Shown one piece after another: positions 53,415 to 64,000 of a stretch of 64,000 nt of DNA. A model generated the notes under the pieces. That model did not search any database. It saw nothing but the letters and a program-made list of their open reading frames with translations, and was not told where the DNA came from. The position numbers and the translations under genes were made by a program. The DNA comes from Octopus vulgaris (Eukaryota): positions 50,840,001 to 50,904,000 of the forward strand of contig OX597828.1 of assembly GCA_951406725.2 (NCBI GenBank), in the 5' to 3' direction. Position 1 is the stretch's first letter, and each line of letters opens with the position of its first letter.

Positions 53415-53728
53415 ACTCATATTTGGCTGGGTCATGCCCTCCGTCGTCAACCAGGAGAATTCATCTACGAAGCAATTACCCCAGCTCCCCTTTTGGGTTG
53501 GCGAAAGCGATGTGGTGGACAACGAAAAACCTGGCTGATCTGGAACCCAACCTAGGCCCTCATATCTACGGCGTTCGCCTCTGGAATAAGGAGTGGTTGG
53601 AGGTCACGTGGTTGTTAGCCTCAAATCGCCAGGTCTGGTCGGCGTTTGTGAGAGATGTTGCATTGAGAATGAATGAAGCCAGCTCAACCCACCCCGGGTG
53701 AATGCTGTCTCAAGAAAAGAAGAAGAGA
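53415..53728 (+). mobile_element. RTE-clade LINE 3' end
   Basis: WLGHALRR...GWRKRCGGQRKTW, then DLEPNLGPHIYGVRLWNKEWL...LASNRQVWSAFVRDV; short AAG-rich tail. Confidence 0.85.
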
Positions 53729-54410
53729 GACATGGAACTGGGGAAACATCGTTACCTCTCAGTGACATATTCCAGAAATTTGACCACTGGGCAAAAACAA
53801 ATTGTTTACGATATTTCTGCTGAGCAAGTTGACAGCAAACAAGACCGACACTTATAAGATTTAAACACACGGATACATTACTAAATATAGCCAGCCAAGT
53901 TAATACTCTCTTTGTTTTCTCGCCACTACAACTAAGACTCTTAAAACTAACAATGTAAACGTTGAACAATTTCATCTAACATAGCTTCAATACGATTAAA
54001 TTTAGTTAGCAAATACAATGTCTGCACATAGATGAGACTCGCTCCTGGTGTACAATGGGATTTAATTTGCTTCGTTCTGACAGGGTTGAATTATAAATTT
54101 AATTTCAGGCTACATTTGAATACATATGTTAGAGCCGTGGGAGCTAACACGCCAACATAATTATCTCAAATCTACATAGATACCGTAATGATATTACGAT
54201 ATAGTTTCCAATCATAGTAGAACTCAGGAATTTAATTCTCTTCACTTGCCATCAAGATTTTTTGTATAAAATGGCGACACGTTACAGAATCACGCACATA
54301 CAAATCGATGGATACACATGCACACACACGCGGTCATCGTTCATAAACAAATGCACATATACATATATAGATATATAGCTGTCTGTCTTTCTCTCTCTCT
54401 ATATATATAA

Positions 54411-54476
<66 letters not shown>

Positions 54477-55351
54477 TTATATAGGTATATATACACTTAT
54501 ATAGGTATATGTATATAATACATGCACAAGCACGTACATACATGTAAATCATATAAATACATATAGAAGTGTGTGTGTGCGCGTGTGTGTGTGTGTACAT
54601 ATCTATAAACTTTATCGGGAGTAAATTTAATAATCTAAGACAAATCTTCCTTCACTTTTGTTCAGCTTATTTTTTTCCCTTTCCAGTTTTCTTATTCTTC
54701 TCAATAGAAAATCGATCGACAATATTTATAATAATTCTTCTCATTTTGTTTTTGTCTACGTTTTATCTCTCTTATTTCTTCCAACTAAATATTCTCAGTG
54801 ACATTGTTTTGTTGTTTTCGATCTATTATATATGGCGTCTGTGTTCTTAACTTTGTTGTGTATCTCTTCTGTATTATCTTCCAGTATTCTCAGACTATAT
54901 GCTCAGCATCTTTCTTTAAATATAGTTTGTGTCTTCTTCACGCCCCATTTCTATTTCTCGTAACTCTCTTTCTATCTCTTGTAGACATCGGTTCCATGTC
55001 ACAGGTCTTCAAGATATCTGCCTCTATTTCTATTGTAACCCTCTTGCATTCTATCATTCTTATCTACTTGCTGTACCTATTTTCACCAACAGTCCATTAT
55101 ATATTCTGTCAACTCACTGACACTGGTTTCATTATTCTCTCCGATGCGACTATAATCTGCCTGTGTGTGTCTAATCTCTGTCTCTTCTCCAGTTGAGAGT
55201 AATTATGAAATTGCAATTGCAGTTAATCCTGAGTCAGCTGTCATTGATCAAATCTATGATCAACTTTGTTCCAGTCCTACCAGTATGCATTCAAAACTAC
55301 ACAATCCTTTTGACCTAAGGGTGGGCACACTAATCCCTTAAAATGGTAGGG

Positions 55352-55760
55352 AGAGCTGGCAGAAACGTTAGCACACCGGCCGAAATGCTTAGCAGCATTT
55401 CGTCCGCCGCTACGTTCTAAGTTCAAATTCCGCCGAGGTCGACTTTGCCTTTCATCCTTTCGGGGTCGATTAAATAAGAACCAGTTACGCACTCGGGTCG
55501 ATATAATCGATTTAATCCATTTGTCTGTCTTTGTTTGTCCCAGCTCTGTTTAGCCACTTGTGGGCAGTAAAGAAATAGATATTTCGTATGCCGCTACGTT
55601 CTGAGTTCAAATTCCGCCGCGGTCGACCTTGCCTTTCATCCTTTCGGGGTCGATTAAATAAGAACCAGTTGCGCACTCGGGTCGGTATAATCGTTTTAAT
55701 CCATTTGTCTGTCTTTTTTGTCCCCTCTGTGTGTAGCCCCTTGTGGTTAGTAAAGAAATG
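55352..55760 (+). mobile_element. SINE family A dimer bounded by one 11-bp TSD
   Basis: TSD AAATGGTAGGG at 55341-55351 and 55761-55771; junction gtaaagaaatagatatttcgtatgccgc. Confidence 0.93.
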
Positions 55761-56099
55761 AAATGGTAGGGTGTGATTTGAAGTAGTTTTGGTTGTTGTT
55801 TCTGACATGCTTAGTGTCTGCTTATGAGCTCAACTGTTGGATCACAATCGAAGTAATTTTGTATTGATGATGTTCTCTTCAGATGTAGAAAGTTAAAGAC
55901 CCACTTCGGTCATGAAAAACCATGGGATTGCACCTAGAAAGTTCCCCTCCGAGGCACAAGATGATGTGTCATTGCTGAATGCTGTGCGTAGTATAAATCA
56001 GTCCAGATAAGTGGTAGTTTAGTTTGACCATCGAATCTATATCACTGTACATTTGCTACAATGTAGCTTCTGAAAGTGGGGTCGGGTGAAGCTGGTAGA

Positions 56100-57230
56100 A
56101 AGACAGCGGCAGCCACTAACGATGTTAATGGGAGCTACACGCTTTAGACACATCAAATTGATCTGAGTCACATGGAAGACAGAGCTAGAGCTGATCCGCT
56201 CTATACTGCATCACAAGTGGAAGTTGCCATATCTGTGTGGATTTATGATCCGTGGATTGTACAAGTTTGTGGATCTCCGTCTGTAGTATCGATGACAAAA
56301 CCTTTACCAAATCCTTTAAGTTTTTGTCGAGAAGTGAAGGGCTTAGGTCGTGCATCACGATCATTTGTTCGGGTTTGTCCATAACAGCATCACTGCTCTT
56401 CTGTTCGGTCCTTTCAACATTTAATACTTCTACTCTACTGAGCGTTGTCATAAGCCCTGGCCTAGATATCGGGAAAGAAATTTAAATTATCGGAATAAAA
56501 TTCATTGGACAGGTCATCCCATCTGGGTTTTTGCCATCGCACAGCCGCTTTATACGTGCGCTATCTTATCTATTTAAATATGTTCTTTGTTTCGTATTAC
56601 GTCGGGTGTCTGTGTCATTGGCTGTGAGTCAACGTCATACACTTTCCAAATATCACTTCAGCAAACTGTCTTTGCAAAAATTGAACCAATGTGACCCGCT
56701 AAATATTGAGACTCATTTTAGTTTCAATGGTATATCCCTACCATTTTCTTCCATAAAATGGTATTTACCACATTGTCCGCGGGATCACGTGTCTCAAAAG
56801 GAACAGGCTAGCCTCCGTTGCATCATACTGAGGAATTACTCCAGGTTTAACCCTAGACACATTCTGTGTGATAATTTGTCTATCTAACTTCCCATACTAA
56901 TCGATTCATCAGCTCCTACTCGAAGCTGCTGTTCTATATAGTCTCATCTTGGCCCTAAAATTTGTTTTATTGGGACACGTTACTTGTTATCCATCATTGC
57001 ATTCGTCAGTTTTTGTTTAACAAATTCGCTAATCTGGTTTTTGAAACCTACTTATATTGAGTTAATTGAATTTTGTTTCTAGTATCCAGGGCTCTGTTTA
57101 TTTGTCTTGTGCAAGTTGATCTACTAATTTGTGCGCCTGTGCAGCCTGCTTTACGAAACCATGAATAACAGATATTATCTATGCCGGTTAAAGCCAATGA
57201 AATCTCTACGTACGATCTAGGTATCCCCAG
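56100..57230 (-). pseudogene. Possible highly decayed pogo/Tigger-type transposase
   Basis: Ordered motif echoes on the minus strand: IDNICYSWFRKA (CENP-B-type HTH), DATEASLF (DETGLF), VRWQ..GMT, VMD and KLVQSTDH...QYR (QPxDQG..YR). Many stops and frameshifts. Confidence 0.4.
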
Positions 57231-57916
57231 TGGTTTATCGAAATCCTCATTCCTGTGATGTAGGAAATATGTGGATTACACATTAAAAGTTTGGACACAC
57301 TGGACAAATAATATTAATTGGAAAGCTTTTAGATAATATTGAAAACTAGTTTTCCAACCAGTGCCATGACGTAGACGTTTACCAGTTTGAAAACTTTACC
57401 AGATTTATTGTTGTTCAAGTCTAGGTTCATCTACCTGCTATTTGAGTCGATTAAAGAAATCGGGATAAACCCATGGCCAGTCACATTTCAGATTAACACT
57501 ATCAGACCGCATATTCTAGGTCGGCCGAAAGACGTGAAGAATCCTTAACAAAGCAAAAGGTTTCGCCTGGGAAATCCGTCTCCCATCAATAGCTACCATG
57601 ATTAGATTTAGTAATTAAAGATGGCTCAGCAGTTACATCTGTTTCCACATCAGCCCCATATCACGTACGAAAGGAAAATGTGTATGGATATCTGTGGTCG
57701 TGGTCATGATGAGGGTAGCATGACGGGAGCAGAGATGCTGACGAAGACGACGACGTCGATGACGATGGTGGTGATATTTGTATATAGTTTATACTGGAGT
57801 GTATACACTGTATTGATGCCAGCTTTGACAACCTAACAATAAATGGGATTTCATTTATAAAATGCACTACTCCATCCCCTAATAGACGCACACATATATA
57901 CATATACACACACGTA

Positions 57917-57964
<48 letters not shown>

Positions 57965-59586
57965 CGTTTGTGTTGTGCGTGTGTATGCCACTCCACCGCA
58001 TACGTTAGCTAGTTTACTTAGTATACTATTCCATAATTTATTTATTTAATCTGGACATTTTCAACGTATTAAAGGAGGAAAACGATAGCTGAGTGATGAT
58101 TTACAATACATAATTTATCACTCTTCAGAGATATTTAATCAATACCGGATACTTATTTATAGTTTGTGTGGGTTTTCGAGGCTTGTTTATGTTGTAGATA
58201 CTTCATGCCACACGTTTACTACTCAAATAGTAATTATTAGTACTGCTGTTGCAACTTTTATAATAGCTAGTACCGCCATCAAAACCACCAGCACCACCAA
58301 CATCACCGCCACCCCCAACACTACCACCGCCACTAACACCAACACCATTCTATGATTGATAATCATTATGTCAACATGGAAGATATACCATGATCTCACT
58401 CTTCCCGCTAACATCCTGTAAACGAGATCTGACAGCATAATTTGCAGAACGCATTACGTCTACGATCACAATGGTCGACAGAACAAAAAAAGAATATTTT
58501 ATGTCAACATTCTTAGGTGGAAGCACATTTATTTAATGACCGAAAAATATAAAATATGAAGTTTAATGTCAGGCATGCGATAAAAGAAATTATATCAGTG
58601 TATATAATATAATGGTTTGCGACTTAACAAACAGATTTGAGGAAACTAATTGTGGGTTTGCGTCGGTAGAAAATTTAGACAATGTTCTGGAGGTGGAGTA
58701 AGTTTGACTGCTACGTGTTGGAACAGGAAGCTGAGATCTCGTAGCTGGCACGTTTCGCCTTAATTGGGGCATTTTAGTGAAGTGCTGTGTTTTTCTCTTA
58801 AATTACAGAAGTGATAACTAGTGAGAATGCCAAGTCAACAGAATAAATAACACATTTGGTTTTGTAAAATGAGAGAAATACTAACGGAATAAATTGAAAT
58901 CAGAAACCGAACTACTGATAATAATTATACTGTTGGAAAGGTAAAAACAAATTCTGGGACTAAACTTTAAAATAATAATTATATTCTTGAGAAAAAAATG
59001 CTAATAATAAGCTGGAACTTTATCCTCCAGAAATCCTGAAAAAGTCGAAACGCGTCAACAATTGCTTTTAATGTCTGATTAACATGCCACTGGCATCGTC
59101 CACAAGTCATTATTTGTCTGCGATTAGTTTCTGTAGATACAAAGAATATTAGAAATAATTCAATCCTGTGAAAATCCGGAGATGTGTCAGTGTTGGCAAT
59201 GAAACAAGCATTAGTCATTGTTAACTTGTATTTACTGTGGCCGGTTTGATTTTGCAGCTGAATCTGGCAGGCTAAGGTCGAGAAGTTTAAAAAGTGGTTT
59301 GTAATTGAAGGTTGCAGTGTTATTGGTAGTGACGGTTTTAGTGTAAAATGGATATAATGGTGCTGTTTTGATGGAAATATTCATGTACAGTTAGTAGTGA
59401 GCGCCCTGGTGACGTTGCATTTCTCGTCAGCCGTGGTGTAGATGTTGCTTTGTTGGAGTTGGATTACCTCATGATGGTGGTAAATCTCTTGATGATGTGG
59501 TAGTGGATGTACTGATGTTCTCATCGATACACTGAAGGTGATAGGGTAGTGTTAGTAGTTAGAGCCAGTGCTGGTGCTGTAGTAAA

Positions 59587-59830
59587 GGGCGCATGGCCCA
59601 GTGGTTAGAGCTTCGGCATCACAATCATTAGATAGTGAGTTCGATTCCCAGACCAGGTGGTGTGTTGCGTTTTAGAGCAAGACACTTTATTTCACGTTGC
59701 TGCAGTTCACTCAGCTGCAGAAATGAGTTGCAATGTCACTGGTGCCATGGTGTATCGGCCTTTGCCTTTCCCTTGGATAAAATTGATGGTACGGAGAAGG
59801 AAGCCTGGTATGCATGGACGACTGCTATAT
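59587..59830 (+). mobile_element. SINE family C
   Basis: ggcgcatggcccagtggttagagc...gagttcgattccc...gagcaagacactttatttcacgttgc. Confidence 0.8.
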
Positions 59831-60179
59831 ATGTCTACGTAATTATCTGTGTGCACCTGCGGTTTTTGTAGATGTATGTATATATAAGTGTGAATTTGTG
59901 TATACGTGTACGCGGGCGTAGATTTATATGTGTATATGCATACATATATGTATATGTGTTTGTATGTGTATGTATATGCATGTATATATTTACTTATATG
60001 TATACGCGAGTGTACTAACACGTGTGTGTGTGTGTGTATCAAACTTTGTACAGACGTCTGTATCTTGCTTTACGTACGAAAATATGCAATATGAAAATAT
60101 GCTCGCCGCCTCCACCACCACAACAATAATGATGATGTTAATGATGATGAAGGTGGTTGGTGGTCATAATGATAATGAT

Positions 60180-60914
60180 TCCTTTTTAATTTTGGCAAAA
60201 AAAGTAGTAATTTTTTATGGGAGTAGTGCGTTTAGTACATCGACCCAGCAATTTGACTGGATAAAGGGAAAAGCTGACCCCAGCAGGATATGAACTCATA
60301 AACGTAAAGTGCTAGAGGAAGTGCTGATAAGCATTTTGTCAGACGTGCTTACAATTCTGCCAGCTCGAAACCTTAATAATAATATTTATAATAATAATAA
60401 ATGTTTCTACAATGGATACAAGGCCTGAAATTTTGGATGGGGGTTAAGTCGATTGCATCAACACCCAGTACTCAACTTGTATTTGATTTATCGAACCCGA
60501 AATGAAGAAGGGGTAAGTCGACCTTGGCGGAATTTGAACTCAGGGCGTAGAGTTGGGAAAAATTCTGCTAAGCATTTCGTCCAGCGTGGTAACGACTCAG
60601 CCAGCACGCCACCTTAATAATAATAATAATAATCATTTCTACACTAGGTAGAAGGCTTGAAATTTTGGGGAGGGGGTTAGTCGATTACATCGACCCCCAA
60701 TGCGTAACTGGTACTTATTTTATCGACTCCGAAAGGATTGAAGGCAAAGTCGACCCCGGCGGAATTAGAACTCAAGACATGAAGACAGATGAAATTGCTG
60801 ACGATTTTGCCAGCTCAAAGCCTTAATAATAATGATAATCCTTATTACTATAGTCAGAACGCCCGAAATTGTGTGTGTGTGTGTGTGTGCGTGTGTATTT
60901 CTGTTGTGCGTTTG

Positions 60915-60978
<64 letters not shown>

Positions 60979-61080
60979 TGTGTGTGAGGGAGCTAGTCGC
61001 TTTCATCGACCCTGTTTTTTCACTGGTTGTTAATTTATCGACTCCGAAAGGATGAAAGTCATAGTCGACCTCGGTGGAAT
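60180..61080 (-). mobile_element. Cluster of four co-oriented SINE A2 copies separated by (AAT)n
   Basis: Copies at about 60180-60375, 60403-60615, 60634-60825 and 60840-61080. Confidence 0.82.
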
Positions 61081-61585
61081 CTGATATTATGAAAATGATC
61101 TTGGGAAAGCCGGCAAAGCATCAGCAAATGCACAGATAAATAAAATAATAAAAAAAATAACGAACGTTTACTGTTCCGCTGACGGATCTTCCATTTCGAT
61201 CTTAGAACAACATCACTCTCCTGTACGTTTACAATTACGTAAGTCGTTAATTCAAATAACGGAGCTTAAATTAAATCTACTGCCATGGAGGTGGTGGAAA
61301 TACATATTGAGAGGAACTGATGGAAGGACTCTTCTTGCTCGCTATATTTCTAATGTGATTTATTATTGCCAATGTCTTTAGACGTGTGGAGAAAAAAAAA
61401 AAGGAAAAAGGAAAGAACATCATAAGATCTCTTTTTTCCCTTCTCGGTATTGGCAAGAATACGTTTATCGCTGAAAATTGGTGAGTAAAGTAGAATAAGT
61501 AAGGTTATCTTTCACTCGGCTCCTTTAATACTCGCCTTTGGTTTTCCCACCAGAGTTACATAATTCTGTTCAATGAACGTTAACG

Positions 61586-61586
61586 T

Positions 61587-61627
<41 letters not shown>

Positions 61628-61767
61628 CTACTGGTGCTGCTGGTGCTACTACTACTACAACAACAACTACTACTACTACTGCTGGTGCTACTAACTACTA
61701 CTACGACTGCTGCTGCGACTGCTGCTGCGACTGCTGCTACTAACTACTACTACTACTGCTGTTACTA

Positions 61768-61808
<41 letters not shown>

Positions 61809-61903
61809 TACTACTGCTACTGCTGCTGTTACTGCTGCTGCTACTACTACTACTAGTACTACTACTACTACAGCTGCTGCTACTACTACTACTACTGCTG
61901 CTG

Positions 61904-61978
<75 letters not shown>

Positions 61979-62010
61979 ATACTGCTGCTGCTGCTGCTAT
62001 TACTACTACA
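61586..62010. repeat. (CTA)n/(CTG)n trinucleotide array
   Basis: Seen directly. Confidence 0.96.
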
Positions 62011-62057
62011 TCACTTCTGTTTACGTAATAAAAAGTGATAATATTATTTTGCAAAGT

Positions 62058-62455
62058 GAAGGCGATTAGCTGTCAGAATGGTTAGCACGCCAGGCAAAAT
62101 CTTAGTGGCATTTCGCCCATCTTTTGGCATGGATGAAATAAGTACCAGGTGAGAACAGGGTTTGATGTAATCGATCTACTCATAACCCCAAATTGCGGGC
62201 CTTGTGTCAAAATTTGAAACCAATTCTTGCAAAGTCTAAAGCGAATTACTCACAAAATTGTTAGCAGGCCGAACGAAACACCTGACGGCATTTCGTCCTT
62301 CTTTACGTTTTGAGTTCAAATTCTATCGAGGTTGACTTACCCTTTGATCCTTTAAGTGTCGATAAAGGAAATTCAAGCCGAGCACTGTGGTTCATGTAAA
62401 CCCCTTATCTTCTGCCCCTAAATCACTGGCCTTTTGCTAAAATTTAAAACCGATA
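62058..62455 (+). mobile_element. Two tandem diverged SINE A2 copies
   Basis: aggcgattagctgtcagaatggttagcacgcc...ggccttgtgtcaaaatttgaaacc, repeated at about 62240. Confidence 0.72.
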
Positions 62456-62484
62456 TTTATAAATTTATGTTTAGCACGCCAGGT

Positions 62485-62758
62485 GTGTGGAGAGGCTGTG
62501 CGGCAAGTAGCTTGCTTACGAACCACATGGTTCCGGGTTCAATCCTACTGTGTGGCACCTTGGGCAACTGTCTTCTACTATAGCCTCGGGCCGGCCAAAG
62601 CCTTGTGAGTGGATTTGGTAGACGGAAACTGAAAGAAGTCCGTCGTATATATGTATATATATATATTACGTCTATATATTTGTTCTGCAAGATTTGTTTT
62701 TGGCTAAACTGGCAAAATGACCATTCCGAAATACAACAATATATATATATCATTATTT

Positions 62759-62816
<58 letters not shown>

Positions 62817-63100
62817 CATAATCATCACCATCATCATTATTGTTATTTGATTTTTGTGTCTTATATCAGAGATGTATGTGTGTGTATATGTTTGTGTGTC
62901 TATGTTTGCCCCCACTAACATCGCTTGACAACCGATGCTGGTGTGTTTACGTCCCCGTAACTTAGCGGTTCGGAAAAAGAGAACGATAGAGTGAGCACTA
63001 GGGTTACAAAGACTAAGCCCTGGGGTCGATTTGCTCGACTAAAGGCGGTGCTCCAGCATCGCCACAAGCAAATGACTGAAACAAGTAAAAGAGTAAAAGA
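62485..63100 (+). mobile_element. SINE family B with an internal insertion containing (ATT)n
   Basis: Head 62485-62650 and tail 62875-63100 match 18668-19050. Confidence 0.9.
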
Positions 63101-63594
63101 GTTTGTATGGAGGTGAGATTCCATACATATTTGTGCGCTTTCTATATGTAATTTCATGGTTGTGTGTGGTAGTGTGTTTTCTATGCGTAATTACATTTTA
63201 ACTTCATAAATTACAGGTAATGTTTCTAACTCATTATCATTTGCAATTACTAATGAGAAAGCGCTTCACAAAGAATTACCAAAGTATCATTTATCTTGAC
63301 TGTTCGGATATGTATAGAAAATTATACACATTTTGCACCTAATTAATTTATTAATACAATCTTATTGATTACAAATGGATTTCATTGATGGAAATATATT
63401 AATTGTTCTAAGTGCTGTAAATAACTTTTAAGTTTACCTGGTATGTAGGCTAATTTGTGGTGACTTCCATTCATATATTGGCAACAAAATTAATTTTAAT
63501 AAATAAATTCAACATATTAAATGCAACTCTCTCTTCTGACATTTTTGATACAAGACACAAAAATCAAATAACGATAATGAAGATGAGGATTCTG

Positions 63595-63652
63595 ATAATA
63601 ATAAATAACAATAATAATAATGATGTTGATATTAATAATAATAACAATGATG

Positions 63653-63737
<85 letters not shown>

Positions 63738-63775
63738 TAATAATAATAATAACAATGATGATAATAATAATAATA

Positions 63776-63816
<41 letters not shown>
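63595..63816. repeat. (AAT)n microsatellite
   Basis: Seen directly. Confidence 0.97.
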
Positions 63817-63946
63817 TAAATAAAAGACAACGCCTACGAAGTACGTCACTGCGCGTTCCCACATTGCTCTCTATTCCCCCTATTATTGCGTATCAATATT
63901 TGTCAGATTTCAGTGTTGTTTCTGCTATAAATTAAATATTGACACT

Positions 63947-63998
<52 letters not shown>

Positions 63999-64000
63999 CA

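Noticed and set aside
59410-59432. CTGACGA-GAAA..GTC on the minus strand
   Set aside because: The core halves are directly adjacent with no stem II and there is no helix III pairing.
58590-59580. S/T/P-rich minus-strand reading frames resembling exons
   Set aside because: Stops occur in all frames, splice donors are weak and no family is recognisable.

Overview
This is AT-rich, microsatellite-saturated eukaryotic DNA with no intact protein-coding gene that I can support. The SINE families, microsatellite density and TE mix look like octopus (coleoid cephalopod) intergenic or intronic sequence; that is an inference from remembered repeat sequences, not from a search. Almost all ORF-track entries are translations of (TA)n, (CA)n, (ATGT)n, (ATCT)n or (AAT)n repeats, or of SINEs. 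The window holds about 40 copies of at least four tRNA-derived SINE families (several with target-site duplications, some as head-to-tail multimers). It also holds a full-length decayed Tc1-like transposon with TIRs, mariner and pogo fragments, and LINE fragments (CR1-like, L1/Tx1-like, RTE, R4/Dong, Penelope-like). The most interesting signals are RNA-structural: (1) a canonical type I hammerhead ribozyme inside a ~255-bp self-folding non-coding element (22341-22596, minus strand); (2) a neighbouring element whose hammerhead strands appear in a non-canonical order; (3) several minimal or variant hammerhead motifs linked to Penelope-like ends; (4) SINE multimers that share one junction; and (5) several long inverted repeats and palindromes. 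Boundaries of decayed elements are approximate, to within tens of bp.
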